A stretch of DNA of 64,000 nucleotides, taken from NCBI RefSeq assembly GCF_001194135.2, contig NC_068988.1, positions 71,397,160-71,461,159 on the forward strand. Reading direction: 5' to 3'. Of this stretch, positions 1 through 13,703 are shown one piece after another. This DNA comes from Octopus bimaculoides (taxonomy: Eukaryota). A program made the translations under genes and the position numbers. The first letter of the stretch is position 1; each line of letters opens with the position of its first letter. The notes beneath the pieces were generated by a model, which was not told the DNA's origin, did not search any database, and saw only the letters and a program-made list of their open reading frames with translations.

Positions 1-1729
1 TTCATCACTCTTTTCAAAAAGAATATTTTTATGTTTAAAGGAGAAAAATGTATCGGCAAGAGGATTCTTCCAATGAATCAAATCAATAGAAATAAAGTTC
101 GAAAAAGAAAAGAGAATTTGTTCAATTAATATGAACAAAAATTATGAATGTATTTGTGGGGCATAACTTATAGAGCTTTCAGAGGTTGCGACGAAGTGTG
201 TAATAAGAAACATTTGAGGAAATTAAAGCATAGTAAATGAATTTATAAAACATCTGGGAGAAATAAATAGTATTATGTAGGAGAAATCTTTATACAATGA
301 AATTCTATAAGTTTAGTATTGTGAAAACAAGAAATAAATTATTCAATGCGGAATATAAACATTGAAGTAAAGGTGCATAAGATTTAAAACATTGATGAAA
401 TAAAAGAGTTTAAAAAAAAAAAAAAAATTCTTTGAGTACGAAACAATTAGTGAATTGTATTCTATGTGTATAATCAATGAAAATTCTTTTAAGAAACTGC
501 TTAATTTTTATGGATCTTATTCAAATTTTGTCATATATTTTCACTTAGCAGAATGCATTTCGGTGTAGAATTATGGCCCAAAATTTTATGAATTTTAGGA
601 GAAATCTTGTGAAATGAGAACAAACATATTACCAAAAATGACACCTGAATAAGTGGGAAGAAAATTGTATAAGAAGCAGGAAACAATGGTTTAATGGAAT
701 TTTAATTCCAGGATTAAGAATTATTTCTTGCTTGCGACTGTCAAAGAGACTACTGCTATGTTAAGAAAGATGTATATATGAAAAAGTATACTATCCACCC
801 TACTACTTATGTATCAAATATTTGAGCAATATTTATATTATTTGTGATACAAATAAGATTGCTTTGTATAGTTTTTAGACTATAAGTCTAAAATTCGAAC
901 TTCTTAGCAGATTAGTCGCAATCTAACACATTGATTGATTCCATTGCGACATTGTAGCGTTACGAAAGACATACAAGTAAATTTTAATAATACTGAAACA
1001 GCATAAAATATGTTTCAGTACCATAAAGATTTCTAGAGACTATTAAAAATATTTAAATCGAAATTAAATCCATGATTTCGAATATATGTTAATAAGCCTC
1101 TACACTGAAGACTTCACAAAAACATCGTTATCATTAGGTTTCAATTTTATTTTGTATGTTTAAAGAAAAATAAATAATGGGAAACTCTTTGCTCTCACTA
1201 GTTTTACAATGTTTCATATTTATAAACACACTGATTTCGAACGCAAACAATGACCAAAAGTAACTCTCACGCTGCTTTAGTTTTTTTTAACAAAAACACT
1301 GATGAGCGGAATATAAGTTACCACCAAAAATAAAGTAATTAAAAAATAGCGAAAAAAAACCCCATTGCATACCACCCAGTCTCAGAAGACTTAGATGCTC
1401 TACGGGATCATTGTTATCGTTACTTCGCTTGTAATAGGTACGTGATTACTGTCTCGTCACTGGCCCTTACTTTAAAAATCATCAATTATAAGAACATAGT
1501 GTAAGCTTGCCGATGATTGGATTGTATCTGTTTAAAGCTTCCGTTGCAATTAGTTTCCTTTGAGGAAGAGAGTCCTTCAAACACACATTGATAAAGATAT
1601 TTGTTTATTTATATATTCTATGTATAATTCTAAAACCCTAAGAAAATTTATGAAAATCGCAATAGCTAGCCACTAATTTTTCTAAAAGCAAATTCTTATC
1701 AATATATATTCAGTAATGCAAACAGGATC

Positions 1730-2675
1730 TACGATTTTCGACTCGTAGAGCAGCTAGTATGCTAAAAATTCCACATGCATCAGTCCACAGAATCCTGCGA
1801 AGTGATCTGATCAAAAAAGATCATCACATTAAAGTTTTTCACAACTTACAAATATCTACCCAGATCAGCGATATGTGCTCAGCTTCAAATTGAAAGTGGC
1901 AGTTTAATCAACGAAACTCTGTTCAGTGATGAAGCGACCTTCCACACACTTGAAAAGGTTAATTGTGATAATTATCGCATTTGGGTAAGTGAGAGGCCAA
2001 CTGAATTTCTTGAATGGGAACGAAACATACCGGAAGTGAATGTTTGGCTTATTATGACTAAGTGAAATGTATACGGATCTTTCTTCTTCGCAGAGACTAC
2101 GGTCACAGGAAAAGTATATCTTGATATGCTTGAAGAATTTCTTGAACCTCAAATTCTTATAGATGGCATTCTTGACACGGTAGTTTCTCAACAGAATGAA
2201 GCACCGAGCCATTATGCACAGATCGTACGTAACTGTCCGGGCAGTCTCTTCCCTCGTAGTTGTATTTGTCGCGGAGAAATGTAACCGTGGATAGCACGCT
2301 CACCCGATTTAACACCATTAGATTTTTTTTTAGCTTTGGGGTTCGTAGTACGCTCACCTGAATTAACACCATTAAATTTTTTTTTCGTTTGGGGGCTCGT
2401 TAAGTTTATGGAATACACAAATAGAATTGGAGATGTAGCAGGACTTCGAAATCTTATTGTTGATGCAATTCAAAACATCGCATCCCAAATTCTGGAAAGT
2501 GTGTTCAAGGAATCAATTTATAGCTTTGAGAGCTGTAGTAACACTGATTTTCACCTTCTGGAGAACTAATTCTTTGCAGCATATACTTTGAATTAAATAT
2601 ATTATTCAAATTTAAATCAGTTTTTCATTATCCCAATTATTTCTCAAAATAGATAGTGAATTTTGAAACCCCGTG
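1730..2675 (+). mobile_element. Decayed Tc1/mariner-superfamily transposase with probable right terminus
   Basis: Translation with frameshifts gives STRRAASMLKIPHASVHRILR (HTH), FSDEATFH (first D), VNVW, GSFFFAETTVTGKVYLDMLEEFL, QQNEAPSH (decayed QQDGAPxH) and RSPDLTPLDFF. A TIR-like TTTTGAAACCCCGTG lies at ~2661-2675; no left TIR found. Confidence 0.85.
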
Positions 2676-2776
2676 TTAATAATAACAGTAAAATAATAAA
2701 ATTTAAGTTCAGCAGCCGTCAATAATTATTTATAAAAACCAATTAATTCTAATGGGTTGTAATATTTTTACAAATT

Positions 2777-2915
2777 TTTCAAATTTCGTCAAGATCGACT
2801 TTGTTTTTCATCCTTTCGGGACGATAAAATAAGTACCAGTTGAACACTGGGATCGATGTAATCAACGAGCCCCACCCTGAAATTGCTGAAATTATGCCAA
2901 AACTTGAAATTAATA
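2777..2915 (+). mobile_element. SINE family A fragment (tRNA-derived; core TTTCATCCTTTCGGGGTCGATAAA..AAGTACCAG)
   Basis: Matches the core shared by the copies at 8344, 9466, 37665 and 62215. Confidence 0.8.
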
Positions 2916-5399
2916 TTTTTGCAATCGAGTAAATTCTTAAACTGAAATAAGAACTTCGGCTAAGCAACTTGTGGGAAGTTCTTATTTCAGTTTAAGAATT
3001 AAGGTTAGTTCGATAAAACGCATAATCGTTTATAAGGATATTATACAAATGTTGTTCCTTCTTTCGACTGTACTTAAATGTAGAGGAATAAGCAAGAACT
3101 TGTATTGTTTACAAAGCCATGACATATGTAATGGACATGAGAAAGCTTCAACTTGGAAAGAAACGTGATTAATACTTCAGTGAAGCGTCGTCGCCTACTC
3201 TAGAAGAGCAGAAAGAAAATTAAGTTGTACAAAACTGGGTATTTCACAAGTACATAAAATTTATTCTTAAAACGTCAGTTGTATGCAGTTATCTTGAGAG
3301 GAAAATGATTTAAAAATATAGATACTGCGCGTTATTTTTCTACTTCATTGCTTTTGATACAAAAAAATATTTCATATGTAAAGAAATGCTTCGATAAGCA
3401 TCAATTTCTAGAATGGTTTTGACACCTGATATTGAACTCTATCAAATTGTTTTGTAAAATGAAATTAACATTGCTCTTGGTTTCTAAAGATGGAATTTTG
3501 AGGACATCCGATGTGGAATATTATTACTGGAAAAATATTAAGATTGGTGACAGTTTGCAGATTTACAGGAAATTGATTTTTCTTCAAAATCTATATTTTA
3601 TCATTTATATAAATTATGAGAGAATGATAGTCGTAAAAAGGTGAGCAATTTCATAAAATTTTCAATTAATATTTGCATTCGAAATATTTCCATCACATAT
3701 AGATCAAAATGCCTTAGCTGGGAGATAGATTTTAATTTTCTTCCATAAAATGACTCTCTCGACATTATTTAAAGATCTACAATGAATTTTAACTAAACAT
3801 CTTTGATGGAACATACTTTTTTTTTCCATGGTTTCAGTCATTGTACTGCGGCAACATTGAGGTACCATCCTTAGGTAACTGTACTTACAGAGTTGAAACA
3901 TTTTCATCTGTGGAACATTCACGCAATACCAATTAAGAGGTGTAAAGAAAAATACAGATATAATTATCCCGTGAAGATATAAACATATATATACGCATAG
4001 AATTTGTGCACTGTGCTATATACACATATAATTTATGCACTGTGCTACAGGTTTGCATGAAAGATTAGACACGCAGTGGTTCTTCGAGGAAGAACAAAGC
4101 AAACTGATTTACATTCTGCAAATGCAATCGATCAGTAGGACAATGAAACTTTGTAAAACATTCCACTTTTCCGCCATTGGAGGTTCTTGGGTTTAGCATG
4201 TACACAAAATCACATGTACATATGGAATCCACACACGGATACAGGCACACACAAACACTAATGTAGCACATTTGTGCACTAAAGTGGAATTCACTCCCAC
4301 TGCATGAATACAAGTTTATCCACACACAAACACACAAACAAACGCATATCCATACACTAACCAATTTATAGATTTTGAAACACCCAAAGCTGGTTTCAAT
4401 ACATCCCATTTTGTTTGTGACCAGCTTGAATACTGCAAGGCAGAAAACATATCTTTGAGAAAAAACATTCCTGTGTACATACATACACACACATGTATAT
4501 ATATATATATACACATAGATGACAAGCAAATTCGTATGTACACACATACACATACGCAAGGCACTCTCTTTCTGTTTTTATCTGTTATAGAGGAAATCGG
4601 TTGTGGTCTTGCCTGGATACGGATAGGGTCCACTAGGTCTAAAACAGATTAAGGTACGCAGTAGGTCATGTCCACTCTGCTACTACTCCAACAATGATTT
4701 GAGAGCGCAAGGTAAGATATAGTACATGTGATTTCTCGTTTAAGCATTAGATTGAACATAACTTATTGAATGACTAGCATGTCTAAAGTAAAAACCATGC
4801 TGTGAATCTACTTCCAAGAAGCTTCAAAATTGTTAAAAAAATATTAGTGAACAACAAGAGTGAAATATGCAACTAAAGTAGTTGTCTTCAGTCAATCCGT
4901 TTCGATTTCGTGCAACATTTACCTTCCGCTTTTGTTGTCGAATGATTAATCAAACAATCGATTAGTCAATTGGATGACTAGTTAAACCAATTAACGAATA
5001 ATATAGAAGTGGTATAGAGCCAGTGCATGTGTTTATAATTGGCATAATGACCTCCCCAATATACAACAAAATCTGTTTCAACACTCGAGCTCACATGAAA
5101 AATCTTGCAAACTAGCTACAAAAACGAAATTATCCTACGCTATAATACCATTTAAATTATGCCATTAAAAAATATATGCCCATTATACTGCATCATTCAA
5201 ATTAGATCATTTAACTGAGGATTTGCGCCTAGATAAAGTAAATCAATATATGTTTAGCTAAATTGGCCAACAGATTTCGAAAAGAAGCTCTGCACCATTT
5301 CTCTTTATTATGAAATCACCATAAATTGGGGAGTATTTCGTTGGCTCCCAGAATTTATTTAGTACTGTCCTTGTTTATGCCAAGAAAGCCAAATCACTG

Positions 5400-5870
5400 A
5401 ACAACATATAGAAGAATAAGTCCATCTCCTTGCGAACAATAAAAAAAAATACTCCTCAGTTCATTGATATTTAGCATAGTCACCTATGAAGCTGAATGCT
5501 GGATCATAAAGAAAATTGATTAAAGAAAAATTGAAGCATTTGAACAATGGTATTTTAGACACAGAATAAGCTGGTCAGACATAGAATAAGGTTATTCTCA
5601 GAATAAGCTGGAATAATGAATGGGTCCTTCGCAACATAAAGTGTCAGAAAAGACTTAAATGCCCTCATGAAAAGAAACTGGACCTTCACCAGCCATATAC
5701 TTAGAAGATATTACCTTGACAAGTTCTTGCTAACAGGTGTGGCATATGACAAAAGAACAAGAAGAAGACTTAAAAGCAAATTGAGGAATAACATCAAAGT
5801 AACTAGAGGTGGAAGTTTTATAGAACTGTGTAGACTGGCACAGAACAGACAGAGTGGAGTGGAGGGACGG
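5400..5870 (+). mobile_element. RTE-clade LINE 3' fragment, decayed
   Basis: YEAECWIIKK..RKIEAFEQWYF, RISW..NE.VL, and ORF 5667-5945 KRNWTFTSHILRR..LDKFLLTG...KRTRRRL..L.NNI...ELCRLAQNR, typical of the RTE C-terminus. Confidence 0.75.
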
Positions 5871-6287
5871 GGTGGATCAATTATTTTAGTACTCCGTCTA
5901 GAGAAAGACTGTTCTCGTTTATTTCGTTTGCTTCGGTTAGAGTAGCGTCCTTTCCAGGTGAGACTTGTAGCTAGCCTATCGATCGCAATGAAGCAGGTTG
6001 TCACTGACACATTAAACTCAGATGTCCGTAAAGATGTCCACAAGCATAATCTAGAAAATGTGACTTGTCAAACGGGTCTTAACTACAGAGATTTATCCCA
6101 GACGAATTAACAAACCTAGTTTGAGGAAACGGAGTGTAAAAATCGATCAAAGCATCTCAATGCCACGGAAATGAAGATTTACTGCAATGACATTGATAGT
6201 AAGGTTACAATCAGTTTAGTTTTAGTGTGGTTTTGATCAGCACACAAATACTATCTTCAAATTTTCACAACAAATACATCAAGCGTG

Positions 6288-6291
<4 letters not shown>

Positions 6292-6364
<73 letters not shown>
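6292..6364. repeat. (ATT)n microsatellite
   Basis: Perfect trinucleotide run. Confidence 0.98.
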
Positions 6365-6365
<1 letters not shown>

Positions 6366-6792
6366 CTATATATTAATACGCTAAAGCCGAAATGTGTTAC
6401 GCTTTCACGTGTTTAGTTGACAGGAAAGGCGAAGAGCGAGAGAAAAAGAGAGAAAAAGAACAAGGAGAAAAGAGGGAAAGTCGAAGAGTGAGAGAGAAAG
6501 AGGGAAAACAAAAAAGTGGAAAAGCGAAGCATCCATAACTTAAGGTAGAGGAAACAGTATTTATTTCGTGGTTAAAAAGTTAAATGAAGGGAGTGAAAGA
6601 GAATTAGAAATATATGTTTAGCAGAGGGTAGATGTTCTGGTGGTGAGATTAAAGAAAGGCAGAGAGAGGGAGAGGGATATAGAGACAGAGACAGACAGAC
6701 AGAAACGGAGAGCGAGAGACAGACAGAGAGAGAGGGAGAGGGAAAGAGATGATGGTGATGGCGGAGGTGGTGGTGGTGAGTGGATCTATTAT

Positions 6793-7185
6793 CTTTCGTC
6801 TTTTAATCGTTTCAGCCATTTCACTGCGGCCGTGCTGGGGCACCGTGTTGAACAGTTTTAGTCAAACAATCGACTCCAGGACTTACATTTTTGTAATCCT
6901 AGTACTTATTCTATCGCTCAGTTTTGTTGAACCGCTAGGTTACAAGGGCGTAAGCACACCAACACCGCTTGTCAAACGGTGGTGGAAGACAAACACAGAC
7001 ACAAAGACATACGCAGACGTACACACGCACGCACACACACATGCACACACACACACACTCCCAGCTTCTTTCAGTTTCCGTTTACCAAATCCACTCACAA
7101 GGCTTTGGTCAGCTCGAGGATATAGCAAGGACTGAACCCGGTTGGGAAGCAAGCCTCTAACCACACAGTCACACTTGCACCTATA
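6793..7185 (-). mobile_element. SINE family B (CORE-like, internal microsatellite), with internal (CA)n
   Basis: Reverse complement matches the copies at 30127 and 55724 (GGTTCAGTCC.., TTGGTAAACGGAAACTGAAAGAAGC, microsatellite, AATAAGTACTAGG..GACTGAAAC tail). Confidence 0.88.
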
Positions 7186-8343
7186 TGAAGAGCGTAATTT
7201 GTTTTTATTGAACTATGCTTTTATTTTATATATCGCCAGTCACTTAACGCATGCGCTTAAGTGCAATTATTGACCATCTGCTCTCTTGAAAATTGATAGT
7301 TGTTTATAGAATATGGATGACAGACGATGTAAGCTAACACGAGAAAGAATGAGATCGTATAGGCAATGGATTAGAGAGAAGCAGAAGGTCAAAAGACTAG
7401 AACAATCACGAGAGCATAAGTGTGTAGAAGGGACAATATGAACCAAAGATTATAGAGTATTCACAACAGATAAGGAAACGAATTCAAGCTTGAATATAAA
7501 AATGAGAATCAGAGTGAAAGTTAAAAGAGCTGTAAACATGTGGTTGTAAGTTGCAACATTGGTGACGTAAATGTTTTGTATAATATTGTGAAGCTCTTAA
7601 GTTTATATATGAACCACTGAACTGCTGAGAGAATGAGAAAGTCATGTTCCTTCAATTACAGCCTTTTCCAGAAGAGCTGATAGGTATTTTAAATGAAAAT
7701 AATGCCGAATATATAATTTATAAAGGAACACTAATTTTTATGGCTCCATATAAATTTAAAATTACTTAAAAAATTTAATATTTACCGTAGAATTTCAATG
7801 AATACTGCTAGTTTTTTATTAAAATACCAAGATGTTTCTATTGTAAATTTACACTCATATTTCTAGGACTAAAAGTTGAATATTACGACGCAGGGCAGTA
7901 ACGTACAGAACATATATTAGAGTATATGCATATAAAAGAATTTTCATTTTTTTCAACGTTCATTACTTAGATAGTTTAATAGATATGCTAAATAAGCTCC
8001 CAAAAGATTTTAAGGCGTTGAAGATATAAAGCCATTATCAGTATTGGCAAGAAGGAAGGACCGTTGGCTGTTTCTGTTATGTACCTATTGCTCATTAATA
8101 TTCAACTATAGCAAAAGTCATCGTAAGTGAACACTGACAGAACATTTGGCGTCAGTCCCATTATCGCCATGACTGATGAAGTTATTTTATAGGTAGATTA
8201 TGACTGACATGTCCGGGAGAACATATTAAACACATCAAGTTTACTTTTTATTCCTTCATCTTGTTAGGTTCATAAAATTGTGCGTAAAACTTGACGGTTG
8301 ATTTAAACAAAATCCTTTATAAAACATATATATATAGTTAAAT

Positions 8344-8532
8344 AAGGCGGCGAGATGGCAGAAATGTTAGTACGTCTTATTTTGTCGGTCTTTACGTTCT
8401 GAGTTCAAATTCCGCCGAAGTCGACTTTGCCTTTCATCCTTTCGGGTTCGATAAATTAAGTAACTGTTACGTACTGGGTTTGATGTAATCGACTGGCCCC
8501 AAATGTCGGGCCTTGTGCTTAGAGTAGAAAAA
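8344..8532 (+). mobile_element. SINE family A, near full length
   Basis: Head AGGCGGCGAGATGGCAGAA, B-box-like GAGTTCAAATTCC, conserved core, tail GGCCTTGTGCTTAGAGTAGAAAA. Confidence 0.9.
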
Positions 8533-8600
8533 TATATATAGTGAAATCCCCATAGAATAACATCCGCTGTATATTTATATACACAAATCTAATACACATA

Positions 8601-8832
8601 TTCTTTTATTTGTTTCAGTCATTTGACTGTAGCCATGCTGGAGCTTCGCTTTAGTCGAACAAATCACCCCCAAAACTTATTCTTTGTAAGCTTAGTACTT
8701 ATTTTATCGGTGTTTTTTGCCGAACCTCTAATTTACGGGGTTATAAACACCCCAACATCAGTTGTCAAACGATGGGGAGGGGGAACAAACACACACACTC
8801 ACACACACACACACACGCACACACACACACAC

Positions 8833-8875
<43 letters not shown>

Positions 8876-8945
8876 TATGCATATGTGACAGGCTTCTTTC
8901 GGTTTTCGTCTACCAAATTTACTCACAAAGCTTTGGTCGGCTATG
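8601..8945 (-). mobile_element. SINE family B, 5'-truncated, long internal (CA)n
   Basis: Same blocks as the other family B copies. Confidence 0.88.
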
Positions 8946-9465
8946 GCTAGTAGTTAATACCAAATTTTTTTTAAATGGCAATTCAGATAATTTGATTGAT
9001 TATGATTTGTTGATATATAAAGCCTAAAGCATAACTTTAGATAATCATATGAAAATGATGCATTCATCAATTATTGAAATACAATCATATTCACGTTCGA
9101 ACAGGCCGAAAGTATATTAATGAATATATTCGTTATTGTTTTATTTGTTACTCTAGTGCGTGCGCATGGAAATTCAATCTATGAAAATGATAACTCTGTA
9201 TGAAATGCAAATAAATAAATAAATAAGAAATAAGAAAATGGTGGCTAGTGTAACAGAATTAATAGATCTAAGAACAGACAGTAAAGAAATAATACTTTGT
9301 ACATTCGTTTAATTTCTCGTCGATCAGACTATCGCAGTGGAAGCGTTCCGAGTTCATAGCTCAGAGATCTGTGGATCGCAACTACATTCTGTGAAGAATT
9401 GGATAATAATTTTGATATCTATGGTTACATGCATAAAAACATATGGTTAAATACAAGTATAATAT

Positions 9466-9652
9466 CCTTTCTACTATAGGCATAAAGCCTGAAATTTATG
9501 GGGATCGTATTGACTCCAGCTGTACTTAATTTATCGACCCCGAAAGGATGAAAGGCAAAATTGACTCCGGCGGAATTTGAATTCAGAACGTAAAGGCAGG
9601 TGAAATACCGCTAAGCATCTTGCCCTGCGTGCTAACGTTTCTGTCAGCTTAC
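9466..9652 (-). mobile_element. SINE family A
   Basis: ATCGACCCCGAAAGGATGAAAGGCAAAATTGAC core on the + strand. Confidence 0.9.
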
Positions 9653-10917
9653 CAAATTAGATACAAATTATATAATGTAGGAATATTTTTGAACAGGGTC
9701 AAAGGGTGACGGAAACCCAAGTAGCGTAGTGGGCAGTGACGACAACAATAAGACTTTTCTCATTGAATATAATATAGTACCAATAGAGTTAAGTATATCA
9801 GTATATATTAATGCTAATAACCTTTCGGCTTTTAACATTAACATATACTGTTATTGATTTCTGGCATTCATTAGACAAATGTCAGTTGTGTTTGGCGAAA
9901 AGAAAATATGATAAAGATCGCATCTTCCCACTTTTACTTTCGTCGTAGTTCCCACGCGAGGTTTGTAGAGATGAATGTTTCATGCAGAATTTCAATTTCC
10001 TACATATGTAACTTTCTGCCTTGAGGTATTAATGTCTAGCTTAATTCTTCGCACTCAACCGAGAAATACGATTACTAACTGCAGTTAAAAAAATAATTTG
10101 AAGAGAATTAATGGAAATTTTTTCAGGGAATGATGCGTGAGTGAATCATATATCTAGTCTCTGGGGACTCGACGGTGCTACTAAACATTAATCCATTGTG
10201 CATTTAATCAACATGTAGAGTTAGGATGATTAAATTTTACACTGTGTCTTAGTTTTATGTATTTTGATATGCAAGTCTAAATGAGATTTGTTGAGAAAGG
10301 GAAGTGGAAAATAAATGTGATCGATAGTTAATGTAAAAATTGTTTTGTAATGCACTATCTCTATGGTACATGTCATAATTACTATAACTTGTAGACAAAT
10401 AAGAAATATATGAATTCATATCCACAGATGTCATGCAACCTAATTTATCAATCTGCAAATAACCGCCATTATTTTGTACAGTATATGGATAGTTGTTCAC
10501 AGGCCCATAAATTTATGTGACTATCAAATTCGAATGTCAAACAACAATGCTTTATTAAACGATCGAATGACAAGAGATAATTAGGTTGACGCAAAACGCT
10601 GCATAAATATTTTTACGATTTTATGTTTTATTGTTTGTGCCGCTCCTGTTTTCAAGCATAAAGTGATTAATTTTAAAATTGTCTCACCGATTAAATTATA
10701 GTGAAACAAATTATATACAACAGAATTGAATTGCATGAAATGTTAATGCATCATCCAATAATAACTGTACTTTATAGCTGAGGAGTAATGACAAAACAGT
10801 GAAACGCTCATATGTCACCGCATATGACATAATATTACGAATACTGTCCATCGTCATTTACCGTAAGAAGTGATATGTGTTTTGAAGGAAAGCAAAACTG
10901 GGACTTTATCTTCTATC

Positions 10918-11285
10918 TTTTTTTTTTACTTGTTTCAGGGATTAGACGGCAGTCATTCTGGGGCTTCACCTTGAAGAGTTTTTAGTCGAATGAGTTTACC
11001 CTAGTACTTATCACTTTTTAAAGCCTGGTACATACTCTATCGTTCTCTTATGTCGATCTGCAATGTTGCGGGGACGTAAGCACACCGGCACCGGTCATCA
11101 AGCGGTGGTGGGGGACAAACATAGACAAAAATACACACACACATATATACAAGCTTCTTTCGGTTTACGGCTACCAAATTCCTTCACAAGATTCTGGCCG
11201 GCCCGAAATTATTATAGAAGACACTTACCAATGTTGCCACACAGTGGAACTCAACCAGAAACGATGTGATAGAGAAGTAGGCTCC
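10918..11285 (-). mobile_element. SINE family B, diverged
   Basis: Family B tail, internal repeat and CORE-like block, about 75-80% similar by eye. Confidence 0.8.
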
Positions 11286-11408
11286 AGCTTATGTAAATTG
11301 AACAGGTTTCTATTATGAATCTATATGATGTCGCAGATCAACTATACAGGAGCCCATTTCTTGATTTACATACTTTGCAACAGAAAGAAAATATAATGAT
11401 GATATAGT

Positions 11409-11582
11409 TTTCTGCTATAAGAACAAAGCTTGCAGTCTGGAGGGAGTGGATAAACTGATTACATCGATCTTAGTGCTCAACTAGTAGTAATTTTATCGAT
11501 CCTGAAAGGATGAAAACCAAAGTCGACCTTGGCGGAATGTGTATTCTGGACTTAATGAATCGGAAGAAATGCCACTACGCTC
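11409..11582 (-). mobile_element. SINE family A, diverged
   Basis: ATCGATCCTGAAAGGATGAAAACCAAAGTCGACCTTGGCGGAAT. Confidence 0.8.
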
Positions 11583-11584
11583 AC

Positions 11585-11635
11585 CACATGAAATAATAAT
11601 AATAATAATGATGATAATAATAATAATAATAATAA

Positions 11636-11666
<31 letters not shown>

Positions 11667-11706
11667 AAGAAGAAGAAGAAAAAGAAAAATGATAATAATA
11701 ATAATA

Positions 11707-11748
<42 letters not shown>

Positions 11749-11752
11749 GTCG

Positions 11753-11808
<56 letters not shown>

Positions 11809-11826
11809 GGTGCTGTTGTTGTTGTT
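11585..11826. repeat. Compound trinucleotide microsatellite (ATA)n-(AGA)n-(ATA)n-(TTA)n-(GTT)n
   Basis: Read directly from the sequence. Confidence 0.97.
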
Positions 11827-11829
11827 GGA

Positions 11830-12635
11830 ATAGAACCTGGCAATAGCTGCAGAAAGGAGACATAAAAGGGCCCACTGAGGCATTAGTGTACAGCGCTCAA
11901 GGACATGTTCTCAGAACAAACTACTCCAAGTATCACATTGATAAAAGCACTGACTCGCCACAGTGTAGGATACGCTCTGAGAAGGGAGAAAGTATAAGCC
12001 ATATTGTTAGTGAGTACTGTAAGCTCGCACAACGCGAATATAAGCGGAGACACGGCAATGTGGCTAGACATGTTCACTAGCTGTAGTGCGGTAAAGCAAA
12101 TCTCGAGAAAGCCGAACAATGGTATGAACACAAGCCAGAGTGAGTAATTGAAAACAAACATTACAAAATACTCCGAGATTTCAACATACAGTTAGACAAA
12201 GTCTTAGAGGCGAGACGGCTAGATATCATGATCATCCATAAAATATGAAAAAGAAGCAAAGATAACAGATGTTGCAATACCAGGCGATTCGAGGGTGAAA
12301 TGAGTGAGAAATAGAAATGAGTGAGAAATACCAGTCACTGCAGGACGAAAGAGGAAAGTTATGGTGCATGAGGAAAGTAATGGTGATACCGGAGGTAATT
12401 CGAGAATTAGGAGCACTTTCCAAGAGCTTTGAAAAACATATTAAGAATATTGGAGCTACTGTCAGGCTCGCAATGATCCAGAAAACAGCAGTGTTGGGTA
12501 CAGCTAGCATTCTAAGGAAAGTATTGTCTCTTTGAGTCACAGGAGAATGTACTACTTGAAACCTTTGGTGATTTGTTGTTGCCTGCTTTCAAGTAAAGAA
12601 CAACCGGCAATTAAGAACTATCCGAGAGTCTTTCA

Positions 12636-12637
<2 letters not shown>
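11830..12637 (+). mobile_element. R4/Dong-clade non-LTR retrotransposon, 5'-truncated (CCHC region and REL endonuclease)
   Basis: AQGHVLRTNYSKYHIDKSTDSPQCRIRS..ESISHIVSEYCKLAQREYKRRHGNVARHVH, WYEHKPE, DFNIQLDKVLEARRLDI, VIPEVIRELGAL, IQKTAVLGTASILRKVL*; runs directly into (TAA)n. Confidence 0.92.

Positions 12638-12711
<74 letters not shown>
12638..12711. repeat. (TAA)n tail or target of the R4/Dong element
   Basis: Perfect run. Confidence 0.97.
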
Positions 12712-12715
<4 letters not shown>

Positions 12716-13529
12716 TGCTGCACAAGACAAAAGCCTCCCCACCAGAAATTACCAAAAACACATAATGAAAAGAAATATAACAAGTAACTGTAGAATATGN
12801 NNNNNNNNNNNNNNNNNNNNNNNNNNNNNNNNNNNNNNNNNNNNNNNNNNNNNNNNNNNNNNNNNNNNNNNNNNNNNNNNNNNNNNNNNNNNNNNNNNNN
12901 NNNNNNNNNNNNNNNNNNNNNNNNNNNNNNNNNNNNNNNNNNNNNNNNNNNNNNNNNNNNNNNNNNNNNNNNNNNNNNNNNNNNNNNNNNNNNNNNNNNN
13001 NNNNNNNNNNNNNNNNNNNNNNNNNNNNNNNNNNNNNNNNNNNNNNNNNNNNNNNNNNNNNNNNNNNNNNNNNNNNNNNNNNNNNNNNNNNNNNNNNNNN
13101 NNNNNNNNNNNNNNNNNNNNNNNNNNNNNNNNNNNNNNNNNNNNNNNNNNNNNNNNNNNNNNNNNNNNNNNNNNNNNNNNNNNNNNNNNNNNNNNNNNNN
13201 NNNNNNNNNNNNNNNNNNNNNNNNNNNNNNNNNNNNNNNNNNNNNNNNNNNNNNNNNNNNNNNNNNNNNNNNNNNNNNNNNNNNNNNNNNNNNNNNNNNN
13301 NNNNNNNNNNNNNNNNNNNNNNNNNNNNNNNNNNNNNNNNNNNNNNNNNNNNNNNNNNNNNNNNNNNNNNNNNNNNNNNNNNNNNNNNNNNNNNNNNNNN
13401 NNNNNNNNNNNNNNNNNNNNNNNNNNNNNNNNNNNNNNNNNNNNNNNNNNNNNNNNNNNNNNNNNNNNNNNNNNNNNNNNNNNNNNNNNNNNNNNNNNNN
13501 NNNNNNNNNNNNNNNNNNNNNNNNNNNNN

Positions 13530-13700
<171 letters not shown>

Positions 13701-13703
13701 AAT

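Noticed and set aside
100-800. Possible decayed DNA-transposase remnant
   Set aside because: No diagnostic motif could be read with confidence
991-1020. Perfect 10-bp hairpin TACTGAAACA/TGTTTCAGTA
   Set aside because: Isolated, with no supporting context; such hairpins arise by chance in AT-rich DNA
6364-6420. TCTATATATTAATACGC as a possible Helitron 5' end (similar at 59339)
   Set aside because: No matching 3' hairpin or CTAG end located
8168-8215. CTGATGA with a stem-II-like pairing and GACATGTC
   Set aside because: GAAA box is incomplete and stem I does not pair, so not a credible hammerhead
10255-10500. 81-aa minus-strand ORF that looks protein-like
   Set aside because: Several ORFs of this length are expected by chance in 64 kb; no motif or clear splice context
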